DNA of 64,000 nucleotides, taken from Candidatus Saccharimonadota bacterium. GTDB taxonomy: Bacteria; Patescibacteriota; Saccharimonadia; Saccharimonadales; Saccharimonadaceae. Positions within the stretch are counted from its first letter, which is position 1, and each line of letters opens with the position of its first letter. Position numbers and translations under genes: made by a program. The notes under the pieces were generated by a model that saw nothing but the letters and a program-made list of their open reading frames with translations, had not been told where the DNA came from and did not search any database. This document shows, piece after piece, positions 47,551 to 55,669 of this stretch. Location of the stretch: contig DAICYC010000001.1 of NCBI GenBank assembly GCA_027311865.1, positions 33,880-97,879 on the forward strand, written 5' to 3'.

Positions 47551-48225
47551 TCAGAGAGCGTGAGAGAAAGGACGGAGCAACATCTCGAGATGACGCTGTC
47601 GTTCGGCATACAGCGTCGCCAGCTTGTTAGTTACTTCCTCGTGCTCTTCCCAGAGACGATCGTATTCGCCCTGAGCTGCCAGGTAGATTGACCACAAAGC
47701 CGACTGCTGCCATTCAGCGCGAGCCTCGATCGACTCGAGGCGTTGAACTTGATTCTCGACGCGACGGATCTCGCTACGCAGCTCGCGCATGTCGGCCTTG
47801 ATTGCTGACACACCCTTCTGACATTCAATCGATCGCCGGCTGAACTGACGCTTGCGCGCTTGATGCGATCGAACCGAATGCTGACGCCCATCAGCCCGTG
47901 CTCGTTCCCGCTTGGCCGCTTCAGCATCTGCCCGGCGCTTCATTCGATCACGAAGATCTTCGAGATGGCCCAGCTCACCGGACCAGATCAGGAAATCGTG
48001 ATCGAAATGGACTCTCAGTTCTTCGAGCGACATTCGACCAACCGACAGCTTGCGACTGGCGTCGCGACGACGTTGACGAGCTTGGCAGAAATTTTGCCAG
48101 CTCTCGCCCCTCGCCGCCAAGGCTACCAGCTTGCGCTTGGCAATGTCTTGCTGTCGAGCAATCAACTCAACAATTTGGTCATCGATACTCACGACTCTCA
48201 CCCCTTTATGAAAGAACGAAGCCAC
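47551..48225 (-). CDS. Arg/Glu-rich coiled-coil protein, unknown
   Basis: 224 aa with long heptad-like segments. A hairpin (47519-47542) lies downstream. The competing plus-strand ORFs look like GC-rich artefacts. Confidence 0.5.
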   Translation of the reverse strand: MASFFHKGVRVVSIDDQIVELIARQQDIAKRKLVALAARGESWQNFCQARQRRRDASRKLSVGRMSLEELRVHFDHDFLIWSGELGHLEDLRDRMKRRADAEAAKRERARADGRQHSVRSHQARKRQFSRRSIECQKGVSAIKADMRELRSEIRRVENQVQRLESIEARAEWQQSALWSIYLAAQGEYDRLWEEHEEVTNKLATLYAERQRHLEMLLRPFSHAL

Positions 48226-48256
48226 GCCGGTTGACGTGTTAGGACTTGTTATACCA

Positions 48257-48790
48257 CTATACGACTACGGCTGCAACACAGCTGATAGTCACGACAGCCC
48301 CCATAATCATATTGAGCCACAAGAAACGACGCCAGCCACGATTAGCTCGATCGGAATTCTCATCGTTCAATAATCGATACGGCCAAACATTAACCACATA
48401 TAATAATCCCGCCAAAGCTACTGGCCAAGCCCTCGGCCCGATCAACGATACCGTTATGCTAGCGAGCAAATAAGCCACTAATGCCAATCTAACTGTAAAG
48501 CGAGCACCGAGCTGCGTGGCGATGGAGTTAATTTCAGCCTCGCGGTCAGGCTTGATATCCTGGACCGCTCCGAAAGCATGACTAGCCATCCCCCACAGGA
48601 AAAAGGCGATTGCCGCCAACCAAGCCGCTTGATTCACGCCAGTCCAGGTGAGCGCATACACTAGCGGCCCGACGAAGTGTAGGCTTGACGTAATCGAATC
48701 GACAATTGGGATCTCTTTGAAGCGCAGACCCTTGAGACTATAGGCTAGTGCGAAAAATTTGCCACTTAATGAAACAAGATGCCGTGGCAA
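48257..48790 (-). pseudogene. UbiA-family prenyltransferase, N-terminally truncated remnant
   Basis: Only the C-terminal ~175 aa are present, including the second Asp-rich motif (AVQDIKPDREAEINSIATQLG). The first NDxxDxxxD motif and the first helices are missing, and the upstream frame is not hydrophobic. Confidence 0.55.
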
Positions 48791-48998
48791 TCGAACACGC
48801 CGATAGTTATCAGCGGCTGGTTTCTGATACGTAAACCCGGCTCTAATTGACTTTATGTCTAAAAAGTGATATGATAAGTAAGCACCTTAATTCTCAAATG
48901 GAGAGCTGCCGATTGACGTGATTCGTCGGTGGACAGCTCTTCATTTACTCAGCGACTACAAATGCTCACACTATATTCCCTTGAAAGGAGGTGAGCTT

Positions 48999-49241
48999 AT
49001 GAGATTACAGCCTTTTGTTGACGAAGTTGGCCGCGTCTGGCTACATCATCACGATGAACCGCACACCAAAGCGGTCAACGGAATATACGAGGGACGTGAC
49101 CGCAAGGTCATCGTCAACAGCAATCTCATCAAGCGGTCCGGCGACAAAAACATCTCCGTTCGCGCGACGACAGTCGAAGCGGCCGAAAGGCTTTTTGCCG
49201 ACGTCGCAGCTGGCCGTTTGAATCACAAGCTGAGTAAATAA
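48999..49241 (+). CDS. 80-aa protein, unknown; stand-alone cassette
   Basis: GAAAGGAGG SD 7 nt upstream of the ATG (MRLQPFVDEV...). A strong terminator follows. Confidence 0.45.
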   Translation: MRLQPFVDEVGRVWLHHHDEPHTKAVNGIYEGRDRKVIVNSNLIKRSGDKNISVRATTVEAAERLFADVAAGRLNHKLSK

Positions 49242-49247
49242 GAGCAC

Positions 49248-49280
49248 GGGCGCCATCCCATGATGGCGCCCATTTTCTTT
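49248..49280 (+). terminator. Intrinsic terminator
   Basis: GGGCGCCATC-ccat-GATGGCGCCC followed by ATTTTCTTT. Confidence 0.65.
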
Positions 49281-49369
49281 GACGCACTGTCGATTCAATA
49301 CTATTGACTTTTTGAGTAAATATAGTATTTTAGTGACAGACCTTAACAATCAACTGAAGGGTAACGAGG

Positions 49370-49780
49370 ATGTTGTCTGCCATACGTCTATTCGATTCGG
49401 CACGAACCGCTGCCGCCCTGATCACTACGTTCATGCGCGGCACGAGCGACGACGAGCTATCCGACTGCCACATCGTTCGAACCTGCGTCGACCATCAGGC
49501 GACCGACTGGGACACCGAGACGCTCGACAAGCTCGGCGCCTTCGAAGCTGAGCTCAGCTCGATCATCACTGATCGGCTAATCAGTCGGACTCACCGACCC
49601 GGCGAAGCCATCACCATCAAGATGTCGGACGAGCTGCTCAGAACGGTTGGTCGACGTCACGGCTTGGACATATTCCAGCTGGATTACCTGCCCGAAGACG
49701 TCGAAGTACGCGTCACGCGCACCAGAGTAACTGCTCGCTTCGGTGGCTATCGCCACCGACTCGTCCCCCTTCTCCCCTAG
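49370..49780 (+). CDS. 136-aa protein, unknown; paralogue of the next gene
   Basis: SD GGGTAACGAGG. The C-terminal half aligns by eye with the product of 49894..50334. Confidence 0.5.
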   Translation: MLSAIRLFDSARTAAALITTFMRGTSDDELSDCHIVRTCVDHQATDWDTETLDKLGAFEAELSSIITDRLISRTHRPGEAITIKMSDELLRTVGRRHGLDIFQLDYLPEDVEVRVTRTRVTARFGGYRHRLVPLLP

Positions 49781-49893
49781 GTCGTGCCCCGCACGATGCC
49801 TGACCGTAAAGTCTCGCATCGCAGCGGGGCTTTACAATTTAAAGAATATATCTTATAATAAACAGGCCTTAAAAATTCGTTGAGAGGAAAGAC

Positions 49894-50334
49894 ATGGCAC
49901 CTGCCACCAAAATCCAGCGTCGTCGCGGCATGGAGATCGCCCCAAAGATTGAGGCCGAAACTGCCGCTCGCTGGTGGGTCGATCAGCTTCGGCTGGCCGA
50001 GTGGGATCTCCGTCAGGCCATCAAGTACAAGAACATCCTGTCGACGGCAGAAAACCATCGCCAGCTGGACTGCTTGACCAGCAAGAAGTTGGAGGATTAC
50101 GAAGTCGAGCTCAGTCGAGCCATCGACTACCACACCCAGGGCCGCAGCTACTTCATGACCATCAAGGTCACCGATCGGCCAGACCTGATTCTGCGCCGCG
50201 CCGCCGAAGAGGTCGGCATACTGCACGCCCTCGAACTGCTTCCGCGGTTCACCACCATGTCGATTCAACCGCGCGACATCCGTGTCGCGAAGGGTTCGAC
50301 CGCCGGCTTCCAACCGATTCCCCTCAACCGATAA
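49894..50334 (+). CDS. 146-aa protein, unknown; paralogue of the preceding gene
   Basis: TTTACA-17-TATAAT promoter and GAGAGGAAAG SD. Chosen over the antisense 178-aa ORF because of these signals and the paralogy. Confidence 0.5.
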   Translation: MAPATKIQRRRGMEIAPKIEAETAARWWVDQLRLAEWDLRQAIKYKNILSTAENHRQLDCLTSKKLEDYEVELSRAIDYHTQGRSYFMTIKVTDRPDLILRRAAEEVGILHALELLPRFTTMSIQPRDIRVAKGSTAGFQPIPLNR

Positions 50335-50414
50335 CGAGGCTACGGCCCCGCCTTTTTTAGTGTTGAGTTATAGAGCTCCGCTGAAACGGCGGGGCTTTAT
50401 AATTGCAGTCGACT

Positions 50415-50903
50415 CTACCAAGTCCAACCGCTATTAGTTTCCCACCAATAGTAGCTATAACCACCTGCGCTAGCCGTTGCTACACCAGTCTGTGGACAAA
50501 TTGTCGCGTTGGCGCTCGGCCAGTTAAGAATTTCGCCGGTTCCGTTATTGCCGACATAGAAACCGCGACCCGACTTGCTCAGACCAGCGACCGCATAATT
50601 TTCGTTATTTCGACAATATAAATACGAATACCGGCTATCATCTGGATAGGCCTTTTTAGTGGCCGCCAAAATCGGCTGCAGGACTACCGAACTATTGGAC
50701 GGATGGAGGCCGTACTCAGTTTCGTACTCGAGTATTTTATTATAAGTATTCCGCAAATCCGCCTGAACGGTCGCATCGTTAGTTCGATTTTGAACACCGT
50801 TATACGCCACAATGATTACCGTCGCTAATATCGCCACCACTATAATAACGACGATTAGCTCGACAACCGTAAATCCCTGACGATACACCGCCCCTTTTTT
50901 CAT
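50415..50903 (-). CDS. Type IV pilin-like protein (prepilin methylation motif), Trp-rich C-terminus
   Basis: MKKGAVYRQG/FTVVELIVVIIVVAIL. The C-terminus is ...YYWWETNSGWTW. Confidence 0.8.
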   Translation of the reverse strand: MKKGAVYRQGFTVVELIVVIIVVAILATVIIVAYNGVQNRTNDATVQADLRNTYNKILEYETEYGLHPSNSSVVLQPILAATKKAYPDDSRYSYLYCRNNENYAVAGLSKSGRGFYVGNNGTGEILNWPSANATICPQTGVATASAGGYSYYWWETNSGWTW

Positions 50904-50957
50904 AGCCTCATTTAAGCATAGGCTTTCGAAATTCGTCAAACGAAAGCCAATTTAAAG

Positions 50958-50980
50958 CCCCCGTGTTTAAAACACGGGGG
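50958..50980 (-). terminator. Hairpin downstream of the 51013 gene
   Basis: CCCCCGTGTTT-a-AAACACGGGGG, an 11-bp stem. The U-tract is weak. Confidence 0.5.
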
Positions 50981-51012
50981 CGGGAGCGACCGAAATCGCC
51001 CTTGGTTGCCGA

Positions 51013-51828
51013 CTAGGACAACACGCGCACCGTCGGTGACGACACGTTCGGGAACGCGCCGTCGATCTCGTCGATCGAGAAATCGAGTTGACCTTCGCTG
51101 TAGCTCAGGTACGGCACCCTAGCAACGCCATCGACCTCAAAACGAAGGCCCGACATTTGAAGCGAAAAGCCCCGGCCGTAGTCCAGCCACTGTCGCGGCC
51201 ACTTCGGCGCCATCACGATGCCCATCAGCAACTCAGCCCAAGCCAACTGCTTGCCATCACGGCGAGCGGCGGCAACAGCCTCATCAGCTGACAAGCCTTC
51301 GTAGTCGAAGGGGGAAATCGCCACCCAGCGGATACCGGGCTCGATCGATCCAATCGTCAGTGCCGGCGCGGACATCTGTCGATTGCCGAACGGGCGACCA
51401 TCGAACATGGCTTTGAGCATCGGGGCGAGCTGGCGCTTGCAGTCGAGGTCGTCTTCCTGTTCAATGACATACCACAACTCCGCCATGGTGCGGACCAGCC
51501 CGCTCTTGTCGCCGAGTCCCGGTAGGTAGATCATCGGCACTACCAACTCGTCGTCTGAGTAGGTATCGGGGTTGGGCAGCGGCTGAGTCGAGTCGAGTCG
51601 CCAGCACTGCCGACGACACAACACCGTCAACAACTGACGCATGTGCATCGGAGTCGGCCGCCAGTCATCGGACCGGTGCCGGCACTTTTCAATGAGGTAC
51701 TTGCCCTCGGCGACCTTCGAAACGCCCTCGTAGGCTTCATCGAAGGAAACTGTCTTGAGGTGAACATTCCGCTTGACGCTCTCGAGCGCCGATCCGAGCA
51801 TGTTAGCCTCGGCCTGACTAGTCATCAT
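51013..51828 (-). CDS. About 271-aa protein, unknown function
   Basis: GC3-rich ORF. SD GAAAGG precedes the ATGATG at 51828/51825; the ORF is open to 51891. Confidence 0.5.
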   Translation of the reverse strand: MMTSQAEANMLGSALESVKRNVHLKTVSFDEAYEGVSKVAEGKYLIEKCRHRSDDWRPTPMHMRQLLTVLCRRQCWRLDSTQPLPNPDTYSDDELVVPMIYLPGLGDKSGLVRTMAELWYVIEQEDDLDCKRQLAPMLKAMFDGRPFGNRQMSAPALTIGSIEPGIRWVAISPFDYEGLSADEAVAAARRDGKQLAWAELLMGIVMAPKWPRQWLDYGRGFSLQMSGLRFEVDGVARVPYLSYSEGQLDFSIDEIDGAFPNVSSPTVRVLS

Positions 51829-51931
51829 TGACCTTTCGTTGGTTGGGGCACAAATGTGCTGTTTCAAGGTGCTAAGCATATTAGAACACACTGAGCGTTA
51901 TTTTTCAATCATTGAAAGTCTAATTAATCGA

Positions 51932-53077
51932 TTACGATTTCTTGCGCGCGTGCGGCCGGGTCGTTCGGTGAATTGATTTCGGATCAATCAGGTCGTCAAT
52001 TTCATCGCTAACCTCGCGACCGATTGTGAAAACATAGGCCACGTCAGCTTGGATGATAATAAACTTGGTCGCCGTCGGACCAGCCGGTGCTGAAACAATT
52101 GGTGACTGGGTCTCCTCGGACAGATTTAGCAAATCGTCAAACGTCACCACCGGAACAACCGTCCTCGAAGACAGATTGGCTGGCTGGCTGGCTCGGATAA
52201 TAATACCGTCGTGGTAGCGATAAATCTTATCAAGTTCCCGCTGATAGGAATTACGGACTGGCCGCCTCTGGAGGCCATGGTAAACCAACCAAGACCCTCC
52301 GGCTGCCAACCCGATTAGAATAATCAAAGCCATCCGCTTATCGAGAAGTGACGATTCCGTCGCTGCTTCGTCAAGCAGTGTTTGTTCGGCCAATTTATCG
52401 TACTTGAGTACCGGCTGATAGATTTGTTGATCGAGCGGCACGGTCATCGTCGACACCTTGCTGTCGCGAAGCTTGTGGCCATCGATATCACCTGTAACCT
52501 GCGAAGTGAACGTCACCACCACCTCGCCACCGGTCGGCAAAGCCAAAGCCGTGCGGAATTCTTCAACCAACTGACGATACTCGGGCAGCGGAATTTCAAC
52601 AACTGGCTGGGCGGTAAGCTGCTTGGTGTTGGACCAGGCTTTGCTTTCATTAATTAACTGAAATTGCTTCGTCCAAACATTCGAACTCGACTCTTCACCA
52701 CTCTTCAGTGAATATTTCGATCGAACCGTTGCCGTCACATTATAACTATGCTGTAAATCAGCCGGCTGTTCGGCTTCAAAATTATAAGTGAAAACTGCTC
52801 GAATTGACTCAGTCAGGTCGGTGACATAGGCCGTATTGTCCGGACCGGGTTTCGCACCAAAAAAGCTGCTGTCACTATAGTTAACGTCAAACCGATGATT
52901 TTGTTTGATTTTATAAGCATAATCTTCGGCCGCCACCGCCCGTGATCCACCCCACCACAAAAAGACCGCCAACACTGCCACTAGTATCAACAGAGCCACA
53001 CCGACCCCTATCGCCCAAGTTCGTCGATAGGTCGAGCTGGCCATCGACGAAGTTTCGATAGTCGATCGGTTCATCAT
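51932..53077 (-). CDS. Two-TM membrane protein with a large extracytoplasmic domain (DUF5305-like), last gene of the SipW cluster
   Basis: TM near residue 25 and near residue 250. Its start overlaps the SipW stop by 4 nt. The architecture resembles SipW-associated proteins of Gram-positives, as far as I recall. Confidence 0.6.
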   Translation of the reverse strand: MMNRSTIETSSMASSTYRRTWAIGVGVALLILVAVLAVFLWWGGSRAVAAEDYAYKIKQNHRFDVNYSDSSFFGAKPGPDNTAYVTDLTESIRAVFTYNFEAEQPADLQHSYNVTATVRSKYSLKSGEESSSNVWTKQFQLINESKAWSNTKQLTAQPVVEIPLPEYRQLVEEFRTALALPTGGEVVVTFTSQVTGDIDGHKLRDSKVSTMTVPLDQQIYQPVLKYDKLAEQTLLDEAATESSLLDKRMALIILIGLAAGGSWLVYHGLQRRPVRNSYQRELDKIYRYHDGIIIRASQPANLSSRTVVPVVTFDDLLNLSEETQSPIVSAPAGPTATKFIIIQADVAYVFTIGREVSDEIDDLIDPKSIHRTTRPHARKKS

Positions 53078-53721
53078 CGAGCTAATTCCCTTATCCAGAC
53101 GGTTGGATAACCCACCCAGGGAATGGAAGCCCGGACGACGCCCAACAGATCAGCCTCTGATACAGGTTTATCAACTGTCGAATTGTTATCGCCCTGAGTG
53201 ATAAACACGCGCCGCCCACTTCCTGCCGAATCCTCGTTGATTTCGATAACCCGGTGCGTAATGCTTATGTTGTCTTTTCTATATTGTATGATATCACCCT
53301 CTCTTATGTCTACCGGTGGCACACCGTGTTCGACAACAACCATTGAACCGCGTGAATAGGTTGGCTGCATACTATTAGACATAATTGTCATCGGCTGATA
53401 ATGAAGCAAGCCTGAGCTGAACAAAATCAGACCGAGCAGGGCTGTCGTCATGGTCCAGTCGCTAATTCGACTGATTATGTGACGCCGCCGTGGGACAACT
53501 TCGCGTCGTCGATGCTGGTTGTCGATTGTTATGTAAACCATCAATGCCAGCAGCAGCCATGAAATACCGAGTAGGTACCAATCATATCGTGGGATAATTG
53601 GCGGTAAAATCGTGATAGCAACCATGCCGAGCCGCAACACCAACTGAGATGGCAGGCCTGACGTAACAGCTAAATAAGTCAGCACCAAACTCATCGTCAA
53701 ACCGGGCACAAAATCCGACAC
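53074..53721 (-). CDS. sipW: Signal peptidase I, SipW/archaeal type (S26B)
   Basis: SNSMQPTY (Ser box), ITHRV (His box) and TQGDNN box. The true start may be internal (e.g. MVYITI...), since the N-terminal 47 codons overlap the upstream ORF. Confidence 0.8.
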   Translation of the reverse strand: MSDFVPGLTMSLVLTYLAVTSGLPSQLVLRLGMVAITILPPIIPRYDWYLLGISWLLLALMVYITIDNQHRRREVVPRRRHIISRISDWTMTTALLGLILFSSGLLHYQPMTIMSNSMQPTYSRGSMVVVEHGVPPVDIREGDIIQYRKDNISITHRVIEINEDSAGSGRRVFITQGDNNSTVDKPVSEADLLGVVRASIPWVGYPTVWIRELAR

Positions 53722-54280
53722 AAATAAGTGAATAAAAGTCTTCGAGCGACGTAACCGTCATTAAACCAAACAAATTGACCGCTGGCAGGGCAAAAATCAA
53801 CGCCACTAATAACCCAAACCAAACGGCATTGCGCCGTCCAGCCAACATAATCACGCCGTGGCGAATGTATTCCATACTGAACGCAATCAACCCAAACGCT
53901 AATAAATTATAGATAATAGCTACTACATCTCCCGACAGCGTATTGCGCATGTACGTCAACAGCAAGCCAGAGATGAAATACAAAACGAACCAAATCACCA
54001 ATACCGAACCAACGATCGTCGCCAACTCGAAGCGTCGACGGATTCGATCAACTCGCCCCTTTAGCAGAAAGCGCGTGCCAAGCGCGATAACCGAGAACAT
54101 GACTGGCTGAATCAGATATGTCAGATACTGTGGGTCAACCGCTGGTATTGATCGGAGTATCAGACTCAAGATTGACGCTAAGAGCACCGAAGCCGTTAGT
54201 GTCCAGGCTGGCCAGCCGATCGAGACAAGTCGCTGACGGATCATCAATACTGCCCTCTGGTAGTGTACGACGGCTGCCAC
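53582..54280 (-). CDS. Polytopic membrane protein, unknown; both boundaries uncertain
   Basis: 5-6 hydrophobic helices. Overlaps the upstream ORF by 146 nt and the sipW ORF by 140 nt. Confidence 0.4.
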   Translation of the reverse strand: MAAVVHYQRAVLMIRQRLVSIGWPAWTLTASVLLASILSLILRSIPAVDPQYLTYLIQPVMFSVIALGTRFLLKGRVDRIRRRFELATIVGSVLVIWFVLYFISGLLLTYMRNTLSGDVVAIIYNLLAFGLIAFSMEYIRHGVIMLAGRRNAVWFGLLVALIFALPAVNLFGLMTVTSLEDFYSLICVGFCARFDDEFGADLFSCYVRPAISVGVAARHGCYHDFTANYPTI

Positions 54281-55052
54281 TGGTTGTTAGTGGATGCAGA
54301 GTAGCCGTGAACTGATAACTGCTTGAATCAGGAAAAGTCGCCAGCCTCGACACCATAAGTGTATTGCCCTCGACGACATAGGTCACATCAGGCGGAAAGG
54401 ATACAACTCCCTCGTTAACCGACCAACCTATACTCAGCTCCCAGAATGACAGGCTAGCCCCAGTATCATTTGAAACAGTAAAAGTAACTGGCCAAACCCA
54501 ATTTCTGCCCGACTTTGATCGAGCACCCATTGAGTGTGTTGTTGATAGACCAGGTATGGTAGTCAGGGGATTATTTTGAATGCCCGAGATCGATATGTGA
54601 TCAAAAAGTGGACGATCGGTCGACGAGTTTCTTATCGTCATATTGTAAACATAAGAATTACCCGGTTGAATAAAACGATTTATGGCGTTGTTTCTAATAT
54701 ATAACTGCGACAGCTGTTGATCGTACGTACACAACAGAGACGGATCACAAGCGATACCATTAAAATTCACACCGTATAATTCAATTTCGATCGATTCGAC
54801 AGGCACCGGACCATTATTGACAATCGTCAGAGCGATTGGGAAGTCCGTGAAAATAGAAACTTGAACTGGCTCACCAATCTCATATGTCATCGTCATACCA
54901 TGCTGGATATTGTAGCCAGGCTTAACGGTGCGAGTTACTATATTCAAGCTCTGGGTTTGGGCAGCATAAACCGCTCCTACAATCAGAAGCGGTAAAGCTA
55001 ATAAAACTATTTTATGTACCCAGCGTGGACGGCGATAATGACGTCGAGCCAT
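54135..55052 (-). CDS. Secreted beta-rich protein, candidate SipW substrate
   Basis: The N-terminal signal anchor ends in GAVYAAQTQSLNI, similar to the signal of the upstream gene. Confidence 0.5.
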   Translation of the reverse strand: MARRHYRRPRWVHKIVLLALPLLIVGAVYAAQTQSLNIVTRTVKPGYNIQHGMTMTYEIGEPVQVSIFTDFPIALTIVNNGPVPVESIEIELYGVNFNGIACDPSLLCTYDQQLSQLYIRNNAINRFIQPGNSYVYNMTIRNSSTDRPLFDHISISGIQNNPLTTIPGLSTTHSMGARSKSGRNWVWPVTFTVSNDTGASLSFWELSIGWSVNEGVVSFPPDVTYVVEGNTLMVSRLATFPDSSSYQFTATLHPLTTSGSRRTLPEGSIDDPSATCLDRLASLDTNGFGALSVNLESDTPINTSG

Positions 55053-55076
55053 GGCTTGCCCACCCGCTCTCGAGGA

Positions 55077-55583
55077 CTAAGGGGTGTCCTGAATGTAGTT
55101 AAGCGAAATTGTGGCTGTCTTGGTCTCACCCGGGTTAACTGGTCCCGAACCGGCGTCCCACGTTACTGTTACGGTAGCCGTGTTGGTTCCGGTTGTGGCT
55201 GGTAGAGTTGTGACACCTTCGGTGACGCCACTCAGGCTGTACGTAATATAGGCTGGTGCGGCCGCGTTAGCTTCTGTTACGCCAGTGATGGTGTCGAGGA
55301 CTGCATCAATCGTACCGGTGTTTGCGACGGCGATTTCGTAAGTGGCAGTTGCACCTGGGTACGCCAAGTTGACGTCAAACGTAGCGGAAGTATCAGTATA
55401 AGTCGGTGCCGTAGCATCGGTTGCGCCCGACGCCGATGTTTGAGTAATACCAGTGATAGCCACGTCCCAACTACCGTTCGTAGTACCAGTACCAGTGATG
55501 GTTAACAATTGCGACAAGGCGGCGTAAGCGACTGAGGCAATCACCGCTACGACCAGTGCTGCGATTAAAATTTTGTTTCTCAT
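55077..55583 (-). CDS. Small secreted Thr/Ala-rich beta protein, candidate SipW-processed fibre or surface subunit (TasA/camelysin-like role, not sequence-verified)
   Basis: Signal peptide MRNKILIAALVVAVIASVAYAALSQLLTI. First gene of the cluster. Confidence 0.55.
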   Translation of the reverse strand: MRNKILIAALVVAVIASVAYAALSQLLTITGTGTTNGSWDVAITGITQTSASGATDATAPTYTDTSATFDVNLAYPGATATYEIAVANTGTIDAVLDTITGVTEANAAAPAYITYSLSGVTEGVTTLPATTGTNTATVTVTWDAGSGPVNPGETKTATISLNYIQDTP

Positions 55584-55669
55584 GAGATTTTATTCCTTTT
55601 ACCCTTGGTGTAAATATGTTCGAATGATACACTAATTTATTCATTAGCGCAATTGACTACCTCTATGGC

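Noticed and set aside
49777-50360. Competing ORFs over the 49894 gene: a 178-aa minus-strand ORF and a 128-aa plus-strand ORF in another frame. The same situation occurs at 47860..48242, 61507..62076 and 62099..62834.
   Set aside because: GC-rich coding DNA keeps several frames open. The chosen frames have promoter, SD and terminator signals in the right orientation, and for 49894 also a paralogue. The alternatives are Arg/Pro/Gly-rich and lack such signals. Residual uncertainty remains.
45485-51891. Prophage, integrative element or transposon as an explanation for the accessory region.
   Set aside because: I found no integrase, recombinase, transposase, terminal inverted repeats, flanking tRNA/att duplication or phage structural genes on either strand. 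I report only a compositional island.
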